The notes under the pieces: model-generated
The model's input: only the letters and a program-made list of their open reading frames with translations
Databases searched by the model: none
Told to the model about the DNA's origin: nothing
In this document: one piece after another, positions 26,480-37,567 of the stretch
Position numbering within the stretch: the first letter of the stretch is position 1
How the letters are laid out: each line of letters begins with the position of its first letter
Position numbers and translations under genes: made by a program
Origin: Octopus bimaculoides
Lineage: Eukaryota
Reading direction: 5' to 3'
Length of the DNA: 64,000 nucleotides
Assembly: GCF_001194135.2 (NCBI RefSeq)
Contig: NC_068984.1
Span: 37,152,828-37,216,827, forward strand

Positions 26480-27480
26480 CGAGTGTTGTATCAAAAGTAA
26501 TGCAAATTAACTTTCGTAGGTCGTCCAAATTGCACGTTGGTTGAGTAACTCTTCCTCTATAGTAAGTATTCTTTACGTTCTTGTTCATTGTAGGTAATGA
26601 TTGGATGGGTGCGGGTGCTGTTAAGGCTGTCTGTATCTACAGAAGGCAACATGTTTACATTGATGACACCATTGACAAGAGTAATAGGCACAGAGAGATG
26701 AAGAAGTTTACAGAAGGAGAAACCAGAATCGAAGACATCAACTGTGACTACGGAGAGGATTCGCTAAGAAGTGGACGAATTGATTTGCACAGACAGACGA
26801 ATCAAAATGTGATTGCACAAATTGGATTGTGGTCACAGTGAAACACAGAAGTTTTTCGATGAAAGAATCTGAGTATCGGGAAGTATGTGCAAAGTGTCAC
26901 CTCGGCGCGATTGACACATGATTTGAAGGAGAAAATGTGAAAGTTTACTCTGAGCTGCTGCAAACGTTTTCCGATCCGGTGAGATGGTATAAAACGTGAC
27001 CAAATTTTCATGAGCGGGAAATAAAAGACGGTCAGTTTACACAATACCGTCTCCAAGGCCTATGAATATCGAGAGACAAGAAAATCATTCTGGTTGTCTA
27101 TCGGGATGACAACTGTGCTGTGTTATTAATGCTGTTTTGCAACACGGAATATCAAGAAGAGCGAGCAGTACTTTCAGATACTTAAAAATACCTGATCAAG
27201 AATTTGAAAACGATTTACAGTCTCCATGACAATACGCAACTACACATGTCTTTGGTAACAAAACAAACAACTGGAAAATTTGACTGATCACCAATACTCA
27301 TCGGCCCAACGAAGGACAGTCTTTAGACAACCATTTGATAACGCAGCGAGATGAAAGTAGCGCCAGAGAAATGGGTACAATAGTGCACACCTGAATGATT
27401 TGGAAGAGGATTCAAGAGTTAAGTTCAATGATTGCGCAAGTGCGTGTTTACTCTGATACTGTATATTTTGCTATACTACA
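26480..27480 (+). mobile_element. highly decayed mariner
   Basis: TA+cgagtgttgtatcaaaagtaatgca TIR-like start; KKFTEGETRIED; gYRKVCA-like segment; C-terminal remnants. Confidence 0.6.
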
Positions 27481-27759
27481 TTTCAAATCTTGATGTTCCT
27501 GTGAATCAATGATGTATTGTCTCCACTTCGTCCCGGGTGGAGATGCAAGTCAAAGGGTTTAAGCCTAACTGTATTTTATTATGATCATCTTGTAACTCTA
27601 GGTAAATATAAACAATATTCCAACGCTTACATGTGGCATTTTGCTCCTCCACACGTGTACCTCTGTGATGTATAAAAGTGTTGCCTTCAATAAGATTGGC
27701 ATTAACTACAGATGCCTAACCATCCAGTCTATTGTCGAGATAAAGATGAGGAATAAAAG

Positions 27760-28210
27760 AACCATGCTAACCTGTGTTGGTTGGAATGTAAGAAGTTTAC
27801 AAGACAGCAAAAACTGCCTAGAACGAAAATCAGAAATACTTCCGAAGGTAATGGGATGCTATAATATTGAATATTCAGTGTCTGCAAACCTGTTAAATAG
27901 GAAGAAGTTGGAAGTGGTAATACTTTTTGGAGTGGAAAGCCGGCAGATGAACCAAAAGTGTATGGTACTTCGGAAATCCCCATCCATCCCTCAAGCTGTT
28001 CATAAGCGTCTCACCGTTCCGTATCCCGATAGTAAACCCTACCCTATGCATATTATCAGTACATATCAGCATGCAAACAGGGACACAACATCTACTCCAA
28101 ACTGCTGACAGTTGTCAGTAAAATTCCATATCATGACAAAATCATATTGAGGGGCGATTTTAAATTCCAGAATATGTAATAAACTCACAGTATAGTCAAG
28201 TGTATAAGGA
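27760..28210 (+). mobile_element. RTE LINE apurinic endonuclease (APE) N-terminal relic
   Basis: MLTCVGWNVRSLQDSKNCLERKS..YNIE (consensus TWNVRTL.D...ERR..RYNIDI) and IILRGDF. Confidence 0.75.
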
Positions 28211-28239
28211 AAGCATACAGTGAATGTTGAGCATACAGT

Positions 28240-29240
28240 GAATCTTTTCGCCTTCCTTTTTAACTATTCGTGGTTCAAAGGGCATGCAACATCAACTATA
28301 TAGCATATGTGGTGCACCTTGTCCACCACCATCAGGTCCGGTCTATTATGCTCTAGTACCCGATGTGTTTGGATTGTGAAATCACAGAGGGTTTTGCTAG
28401 TGTCCGACTCCGCTACTATCTGCAGTTTGTGCTCATACCACGACTAGCCCCTCTGTAGTCCCCCACTTTTCGCACAGTTTCCAATGTAGCACTTTCGCTA
28501 CCTGGTCGCGTCGCCACAACTTGTAGTGGGGTTGGGCAATTCTAGGGCATTTGCTCGAGGGCATACGGCACAGCGCAGACACTTGCTCATTCCTAAGGTT
28601 GAACCCTCCAGCGCCTGGCAAAAGCTTGGTCTTCACCTGCCAGTATAGTGCTCTCGCTATCTTTTTTTAGTATTCCTTTCATCAGCCAATCCCACCTATT
28701 TTTATAACAATTTCGTTTGTGGCAACATTGAATAGATTGTGCAGTCCCTTCTTGCTGAATTCTTCTTCATGTCCTTCTTGAACTTCCTCCTTTGTTTTCC
28801 TTTTTATCTTTGCTCTCAATACTTCCTCGTTCCTAACTGTCACTAGCAAGGTTTCCTTACTTTGGGCTAGGTTTCTCATTAAGCTATCGAGTTCGATACG
28901 CACGCAGTCTTCCACACTTATCAGTCCCCTTCCTCCATTCGCTCACTTCATGTAAAGGCGATGAGTGAATGCACGTGGATGATGGGCTGCATGAAACGTT
29001 AGAAGCTTTCTTGACTTCCTGTCCGTCTCATTTAGCTCCTCATCTGTCCACTTCAATATTCCAGCGCCATACTGAACTACTGCGACTGCACGCGGGTTTA
29101 TTGCCGAAATTATGTTTCTGGCCTTCAACTTTGAAGCCAATATTATTCTCACTCGCTGTAGATACTCTTTTCATCTTTTCCTTCAGGTCATGTTATTCTC
29201 TTCCTTCATGTCATTTTGTTCTTTTCCATCCTTTCTTTTC
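28240..29240 (-). mobile_element. R4/Dong LINE fragment (RT thumb, CCHC region, RLE)
   Basis: EYLQRVRIILASKLKARNIISAIN..YGAGILKW..DRKSRKLLT..HPRA..RLY, EGGRGLISVEDCV, LHWKLCEKW, WYEHK, HNRPDLMVVDK..VDVACP. Confidence 0.9.
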
Positions 29241-29245
29241 CTGAG

Positions 29246-29480
29246 TTATTATTATTATTGTTTGCATTATTCTTTCTTTTTCTGTGTCACGTCTTCGCTC
29301 CTTTCCGCAGCATAGAGACACAACACTTTCCTCAACACATGTGTTGTTCCCAAGTGCAGCTATTATGATAGGTATCAAACTCACTTTTTAATCTCTGTAA
29401 ACGTGTTTCAATTCCAGTGCTAGATCTTGGTACTTCTTGACTTTCTCGTTGTCTGTCTTCACAACAGGAAATGAATCTGA
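29246..29480 (-). mobile_element. second R4/Dong 3' end whose (TAA)n tail abuts the 28240-29240 copy
   Basis: KTDNEKVKKYQDLALELK..PIIIAALGT..HVLRKVL; (tta)4 at about 29246-29258. Confidence 0.75.
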
Positions 29481-29769
29481 GATCCTTTCCAGATAATATT
29501 GCACTACACGGAAAAAGTCCTATAATGTTGTGCCAAACCATCCTTCCGTCAGGTTCTCTTCACATCAAGTAAAGTTTCGCCCTCCTTCAACAAACTACAT
29601 AGTTACTGATTCGCCAAAAATCCTATGCAAGCGGAACTTACGTAGTGTTGCATTTATCCCAAATAAGCGAGGAAGGAGACCATTGAATGCTGCACTGCAA
29701 GTGTTTCAGTCTTAGATAGAACTTCAACCTCACCAAACTACCCTTCTTCATGAATTGTTCTTCCTATTG

Positions 29770-29990
29770 GTGCGAATCAAAGCGACGAGTTTTTACATGC
29801 ATATTATGATGATGCAAGAGAGAGACGTCACGGGGCGGTATCAGCCTCAACCCAGTCGACAGATTACCGCTGTGACATCTATGGGCGCCTGTGTGCTTCC
29901 AGCTTCGGACTGCAGAGTTACATGCAGCGCTGAGAACACATACTTTGTCATGATCGGATATCGATGGCCCATCTATCATGATATATATCA
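29770..29990 (+). mobile_element. RTE LINE 3' end with a single decayed C2H2-like finger
   Basis: ASTQSTDYRCDIYGRLCASSFGLQSYMQR*, compared with the RTE consensus C..CGR.C.S..GL.SH.R.H. Confidence 0.7.
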
Positions 29991-30896
29991 GTTACTCAAA
30001 CAGTTGGGGTTGGAGTATCAGAAGAGGATATAAACTTTACCTTTCTCCCTTTAATGTTCCTACATCGAGTGGCATGTTGTAATTTTGCCCGTTTATCAGC
30101 AAATTGTCCATTTCCATTGTAGAGAGTATTCCTGCGACAAATACCCTGCTATTGTTGCTGCTGTTGTCACTAATGATTTTTGTTTCACCAATGTTATTGC
30201 GTGTGACGTTGCTCTTGCTACTGCTGTTACTGTCGTAGTTACTGCTGACGTTACTATTTATTCTTGTGGTTTTGTCTGTTGCTATAGTTTCTTTCTATAG
30301 TGGTGGCGGTGATGGCAATGATCACTTTTCTAAGAGGTTCTTTGTTTGACATGTCATTGTTCCTACTGCTGCTGCTGACGTCATTCCTGGGGCTTATATC
30401 ATTGGTGTGGTTTTTCTTGTTATCACTGCTCTTGTTCTTTTGTGTTTTTTGTTGTTTTTGTTTTATAGCTACTGCGGTAATTCTTGTTTCTGCATTCGTC
30501 TTTTTTTCTTCGGTAGTCACTGCTACAGGCCATAGTCAAGATGGTTGGAGGTTAGAGAAATCATCACTAAATAGTGTCGTCGTGAGAGGATTCATTTCAT
30601 TCTTGGCACTTCATAGTTTGATAGGTGTGTGTTTTGTTGTCACCATATTTTTAAACATGAAAATTTACATGATTAAATTTTTGCTATGATAGATATGTCA
30701 CTAAGGGTTCATACTTACTATCCACTCTTTCAATACAATGAAGTAGGGGTCATTATCTAACAAAATGTCCCCAAACATTTGAACAAAATAATGTATTTCC
30801 AGCAAAATCAATAGACTCTTACGAACCGACGCGATGCACATCCTACACAGAACGATAATAGTGCTAATAATAATGCTGATAATATTTTTTTCTAAA

Positions 30897-31093
30897 GCTG
30901 CAAGCTGGTAGAATTGTTAGCACTCCGGACAAGTGCCTAGCGGCATTTCGTCCGTCTTTACGTTCTAAATTCATATTCTGCCAGGTGGATATTGTAATTC
31001 CTCTTTCGGGGTCGATAAAATAAGTACCAGTTGTGAACTTGGGTCGATGTGATCTCCTGCAATTTCTGGCCTTGTGTCAAAATTTGAAACCAA
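30897..31093 (+). mobile_element. tRNA-derived SINE
   Basis: A-box-like gctggtagaattgttag, B-box-like ctaaattca, body ctttcggggtcgataaaataagtaccag. Confidence 0.8.
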
Positions 31094-31102
31094 TAAATTT
31101 TT

Positions 31103-31290
31103 CTCTAAATTTGACACAACGCCAGCACTTTTCACTGGAAGGGCGAGTCGATTGCATTGTCGCCCAGTACTTGATTGGTATTTATTTTAATGATACCGAA
31201 ATGGTGAAAGGTAACATCGATCTTTGTAAAATTTGACTCAGAACGTAAATAGCTGGAAGAAATACCGCAAGCGTTTCACCTGGCGCGCTA

Positions 31291-31293
<3 letters not shown>
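31103..31293 (-). mobile_element. same SINE family, opposite strand, tail-to-tail
   Basis: Reverse complement aligns to 30897-31093. Confidence 0.75.

Positions 31294-31348
<55 letters not shown>
31291..31348. repeat. (AGT)n microsatellite
   Basis: Direct reading; a similar tract lies at 32828-32884. Confidence 0.95.
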
Positions 31349-31349
<1 letters not shown>

Positions 31350-32827
31350 ATGATGATGATGATGATTTTAAACAGAATTAAGAGTAAGAAATGTTATCTT
31401 AACAATCCAGTCCATCTCATTTCCAAATGTGTTATCTCCTGATTAGGTCTGATATATATTATTCCAAATAAGACCACGGCATCATATTTCTTATGAATAT
31501 AAAACAAATATGCCTTTGACGATATTCGGTAACAGTTATTCTTTAACTTACGTATGTGAATTCCAAATATAAAAGAAAACAAGAATCAATACGAAAATAG
31601 ATTTCACTTTGTCCTGAAACCGAGAGGAAAAATCGATAGATTTCGTTCAAGTGTCTTTGTATTAGCTTCAACACCGATAGATTGGAACACCAAAATCTTC
31701 CAGAGAATTTGACCTCAATAGCTTACACACATAAATATAACGAGCAGAATTACTTCATAAAGTTCTTTTTTTACTGTAGGAATAGGACAATATTATATAC
31801 TCTGTGTTCATAATTAATTAGATTACCAAGAAGAATATTGAATTCATACCATAGTTATTTCTTTAGAGGGACAGCCTAAATATATCCAGATCTAGACTGG
31901 TAGTTGCAATATAATGAAATAGATATTTTACTTCAGAGCAATTTACGATATTCGTACACGGAGAGAATTGGTAAAGAAAGTTTTCTGCAGTTAATGCAGA
32001 AAATTTTGATCATTCCAAGTCACTGTTTAAATATATTTCTTAGCACAATGTAATTTTTTTTGTGTCGTTTTCGTTTGTTTGTTTGTTTGTTTTTTAATCC
32101 AAGAAACTTGACATTTTTCCCTTCTGATATAAATCAACGCTATTTTTCTACTACAATATTTATATTTGAACTTCACATATCTTTCGAGAATGACATTTGT
32201 CAAGGTAAAGAATAAGCTGTTATTTCGCCTGACATTAAGATAGTTGTATTATTTTGTTACAGATGGTGAATGTGAAAAAAAATTACGTGGAATTTATCCC
32301 AAAAAGAGATACAATTATGTGCTGGAAATGAATTGGGGGAAATATGGAATATCAATAGAGATATACGAAGCGCTATCATTCTAAAGCCTTTGTAAAACTG
32401 AAGCAATATGCTAGCATGTGCATTCAAATAAGACTTATACACTTGTTCTGAAATTTTCAACACTAAGCATACCTCATTTCATTATTAATAACAACGTTAT
32501 AAACTACATTTATCGTTTCCATTAACTAAAAGTTCGATTCTTTGCGATACTGTTTATCAGAATTTTGAGCAAATAATGGAAATGAAAACAGCTATGCTTT
32601 GAATCCACAGCTCAATAGATTGTATTATTAACAAATCCAATTTAATAATTCCAACCACATCACAAGACATTATAAGGTTTCTGTCATTGGAAATTCGCTT
32701 ATATCATTTCAAAATTAAATTTTCATCAATTCATATTGACTTTTCGGCTTTTCTCTTTTTCAATGTTATAACTTGAGTTAACAGGATTTAAACTTTACTG
32801 GCTGAAATTCTAAAATGTAAAATAAGC

Positions 32828-32885
<58 letters not shown>

Positions 32886-33335
32886 TCATAGAGGAGGAGT
32901 AGTTCATAGAAAGGAGTAGGGGGAGAGGGAGGTAAAGTTGTAGGAAGTAGAGAAGTGAGGGTAGGGGGCGTTGGTAATGAACCCAGCAAATAGATGACTG
33001 TTTAAAATTTTGAAATGATTTATTAACAGCAATATGCTTTCAAACTATTAAGCCGGGATTTAAAAATGCAGCTGCATCTGCACAGATAGGAAAATAGTAT
33101 TAATGACGAGGTCGCAAAGATGCGACTTAATACTTCTTAATGTTTAGACAAAATTGAATATAGCTGTCTGGGAAATTTGAATAACTATCATGACACTTCA
33201 GTTTATATCTGTGTACGTGCACGTATGTGCGTGTGTGTATATATATTATATAAATATGAATATAATTATATATATATACGTATATATGTATATATATATG
33301 TATACATACATTCATATATGTATGCATATATATAC

Positions 33336-33373
<38 letters not shown>

Positions 33374-33607
33374 NNNNNNNNNNNNNNNNNNNNNNNNNNN
33401 NNNNNNNNNNNNNNNNNNNNNNNNNNNNNNNNNNNNNNNNNNNNNNNNNNNNNNNNNNNNNNNNNNNNNNNNNNNNNNNNNNNNNNNNNNNNNNNNNNNN
33501 NNNNNNNNNNNNNNNNNNNNNNNNNNNNNNNNNNNNNNNNNNNNNNNNNNNNNNNNNNNNNNNNNNNNNNNNNNNNNNNNNNNNNNNNNNNNNNNNNNNN
33601 NNNNNNN

Positions 33608-34040
33608 AGTATATATAGTAGGTATAATAAAATGAAATGAAGTATTGATTGTTTTATTGAATAAATGAAATATTGAATATCAGATATTAAAGAACGTGCT
33701 TGCTGACGGCGAGGTACGTTAGCCCGTCTCCGTCGGTTAGCCGTGCCTGCGCTTTCGTGGAGCGACGGGCCCGGTCGAGAGAAGTGGGTGGGTCCCGACG
33801 CCGGCCGGTCGCGAGGTCGACGGTGGCAGGGGGAGGGGGGGTTATCTGGCACCTGCGGACGCCACGCGCCTAACCGACCCGACGGGAACGGGTCGCGACG
33901 ATGGATCGGAGATGAAGTGCGTCCGATGCCGGTCGGAGGGGAAGCACATCCTTTAATATTTGATATTCAATATTTCATTAATTCAATAAGACAATCAATA
34001 CTTCATTTCATTTTAACTATACCTACTATATATATATACT
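33608..34040. mobile_element. unclassified foldback element: ~94-bp AT-rich TIRs around a 240-bp GC-rich core
   Basis: 33608-33701 versus reverse complement of 33942-34040 differ at about 7 positions plus a TA-repeat indel. Confidence 0.8.
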
Positions 34041-34189
34041 ATATATTCTATATCTTACATTAAGATTATAAGAATATAAATAAAACATAAAAAAACAGAC
34101 AGGGTTGGAATTCCTTTCAATCATATATATTTATATATGTGTGTGTGTGTGTATGTATCATATACGTACGTATATATACATATATCTGT

Positions 34190-35029
34190 ATATATTATCA
34201 TTATTAATAAATCATAGGGCAGCAACAAAATTTTAGAAATTTAATTTACCACCAGTGGTCCAGCGAGAATAAAAATGAGTCAATAGACTATATATATATT
34301 ATTCATTTGAAATACAGAGATGCCTATAATAGGACATCTAACCCGCTAGAAAGAGCAGCAAAAAACTCTATACCACAAAAATAGGGATAATTTCGAAAGA
34401 GAATGAAAAATAAAAACTTTTACCAGTCTATACTCTGTACCATGGTTTCAAGTTATTTAGCAAGATAAAAATATATCTTGCTCGATTTTCCCTCAGAAAT
34501 TAGCCAAAAAATATATCTTTTTATTTTTCATTCTCTTTCGAAATTATCCCTATTTTTGTGGTATAGAGTTTTTTGCTGCTCTTTCTAGCGGGTTAGATGT
34601 CCTATTATAGGCATCTCTGTATTTTAAATGAATAATATATATATATAGTCTATTGACTAATTTTTATTCTTGCTGGACCACTGGTGGTAAATTGAATTTC
34701 TAAAATTTTTTTTGCTGCCCTATGATTTATTACTAATGATAATATATTTTTTGGCTAATTTCTGAGGGAAAATCGGCATTTGTTTTATATTTACTGCCGA
34801 TAAGTTAAACCGCACATGCGCGGTAAATTTTGAAAAAATAAGCATGTAAGCACAAGTGTTTTCCTATGACTCGTGTTTACACGCTGTTCCGGTACTCTGC
34901 TGAAGATAGTCCCCGAGCAAGATATATTTTTATCTTACTAAATAACTTGAAACCATGGTACAGAGTATAGACTGGTAAAAGTTTTTAATTGTCATTCTCT
35001 TTCGAAATTATCCCAATTTTTGTGGTATA
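34190..35029. repeat. permuted inverted repeat array (A-B-C / inverted A-C-D-B-A'), Penelope pseudo-LTR/retrozyme-like
   Basis: 34190-34416 = rc(34518-34747); 34483-34516 = rc(34742-34775); 34370-34484 = rc(34914-35029). Confidence 0.85.
34893..34967 (+). ncRNA. type I hammerhead ribozyme-like motif
   Basis: tactctg-CTGAAGA-..-GAAAC-catg-GTA-cagagta: perfect 7-bp stem I, intact core, palindromic loop III. Confidence 0.65.
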
Positions 35030-35140
35030 TCTGTATATATATGTGTGTGTGTGTATGCATATATATATTTATGTATATACATATAAATGTATACATATGC
35101 ATATATATATATATATATATATCTGTATGTNNNNNNNNNN

Positions 35141-35183
<43 letters not shown>

Positions 35184-35682
35184 TTATTTAAAAGAGTTCC
35201 AACTCTGTTTTTCATGTTTTATTTATATTCTTATAAAATTTATGTGGGATACAGAATATGTAATATAAATAGTAAAATCAAATGAAGTGCTGAATGTCTT
35301 ATTGAATATATGAAATATTGAGTATTAAATATAGAGTATTAAATATATGAGGACTAGTATACTTTCCTGCCTCATGGCAGTCATCAAGGTCCTGTCTGAT
35401 ATTGAAATTACAACGGAGGACCCTTGAATCTAGGTTAGAAACCGGGTCTTTCTTTATCGGCAAGAAATCTTGTAATAAAACTGAATAATGGCATACATAC
35501 ATACATACACACATATATACATACATACATGCATACATACATACATACATACCCTGTTAATGTTGAAGTCCCAATAAAGGATCTTTGAATCTAGGTTAGA
35601 AACCGACACTTTCTCTATTGGCAAGAATCCTTGAAACCTACGTATATACGTACGTATGTATGTGTGCATGTATGTATGTATG

Positions 35683-35713
<31 letters not shown>

Positions 35714-36050
35714 GTATGTATGTATGTATTTGGCGGCCAAATTTGAGTTGCACTGAAATCAGAACGAACTGTACTTATGAAATGATATTGCTAGAGGGTT
35801 ATTTCTAATTTATCAAGTTCTTTTCATTTCTCCAATTACTGTTCATCAGCTTTTATAAATTTTATTTTTGCCTTTTTCTTTGGGCCGTCGTAAGTAGTCA
35901 ATCCCACTCGAAGAATAAATCATATGTGCTTGTATCTGTATGAGTGTATCTGTCTGTGTGCTTTTGCGCATGCATGTGTATTGTATATGAATATGATATG
36001 TAATATGTGACTGTGTGTGCTCGCGCGCGTGTATGTGTGTGTTAAAAAAA

Positions 36051-36537
36051 GTAGACAACAAAACCAAGGTTGTATGGAATTTATAGGACATTTATAAAGA
36101 GGAATAGGTATGCCCTTTAGAAAGATGCCAAGGTATTGTTTATCCATTATATAGGTTTTACCTATAATAAGTGCTTCTATTAGTAAGGAAGCAATGATAT
36201 GAGAGGTATTGGTATCCAGAAGCCCCAAGGTGGTAGGTAAAGCTATGTAAGTGGTACGGGAGAACCGAAGTTAAACTCTCGGTTCGATAATAATACGAGT
36301 GAGGAGTCTAATCCGAGTCTTGTGTGAGCATTTTATGTTAAGTAAAATGAGACAAAACCAAGAATGTGTGGAATTTATAGGACATTTATAAAGAGGTATA
36401 GGTATGTCCTTAAGAGAGATACCAAAGAATTGTTTATCCATTATATAGGCGTTACTTGTAATAAGTGTTTGTATTAGCAAAGAAGCAACGATAAGAGAGA
36501 TATTTGTATCCAGAAGATCCAAGATGGTTGTGTAAGT
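36051..36537. repeat. diverged direct duplication, ~190-bp units at ~295-bp period
   Basis: 36051-36238 versus 36349-36537, about 24 substitutions counted by hand. Confidence 0.85.
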
Positions 36538-36644
36538 TTGTTTAATACACATATTTATGCATATAGATATTATAGTATAACACAGTCAATCATATATATG
36601 ATATATTGTCTCGGTCACACCGTGTGCGTATCTCTCTCTCTCGC

Positions 36645-36679
<35 letters not shown>

Positions 36680-36701
36680 ATGTGTGTGGGTNNNNNNNNN
36701 N

Positions 36702-36772
<71 letters not shown>

Positions 36773-37436
36773 AATTTGTACCAAGTAGTGATTACCTTAT
36801 CATTATTGATTGATTCGAATTTGAGGACGGAGATGTTGGAGAGTTAAAGAGAAATTAATTACAACAGTAAATGAACTCCGACAGCCTAGCATAAGAAAAA
36901 GAAGAGAATAATTACGAGGGCTAATAATAAGCTATATTTCCTTCAATAAGCAATCACCTTGCTCTTTAATTGAATTAGGTTGTCGAAGGTGATCAACAAA
37001 TTACCGATGGAACAATTCAGAAGTGGATAGCAACGCTTACTTTATAGTATAATCTGACAGCGAAAAGTAACCAGTTTCTCCATCAATATACAAACATTAC
37101 AGATGCATACGTTATGTTATATTTTTCTTTCTTGTTAAATATTTTTCATATAGTCGCAAAGGCAAATTCAGTTCCTTTGTAACAATAAATTTCCTAAATC
37201 CAAGTTCAAAGATTCTTCTCTAGGCATTCACAGCGTTATCATCAGAATTGTTTGTAATTGTTTCATTAATTGTATGCGGATTCCACGCTTGTAAGCACTA
37301 CTCCTGGAATTTAGAATTCGAGAGGCAACACATCCATTCCAAATAGAATCTCCTAATAAAATAAATTATTAATAAGAGAAATGCTACGCATAAGACAACA
37401 TGGTGCATGCGTATACACATATACGATCAAACAAAC

Positions 37437-37567
37437 TGCCTTTATTTTGACGCATAAATCTAAGAGTCAAATCTGAATTTTCGGAGACAAAGTCTACATA
37501 GATAGCATCGCTCCCTCTAAAAGTGGTCGCTATGTACTCCAAAATCATTTGCACTCTGATTATGTAA
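37437..37567 (-). CDS. candidate exon (YIIRVQMILEYIATTFRGSDAIYVDFVSENSDLTLRFMRQNKG)
   Basis: Acceptor cccttctaggttttcacAG, donor GCA|GTTTGT, open frame. Confidence 0.3.

Noticed and set aside
30085-30689. Hydrophobic or Thr/Val-rich ORFs
   Set aside because: Degenerate trinucleotide low-complexity sequence
33702-33941. GC-rich ORFs (33743-34063, 33127-33852) and an rRNA or bacterial-contaminant interpretation
   Set aside because: No conserved rRNA motifs or protein features; embedded within host-like TIRs
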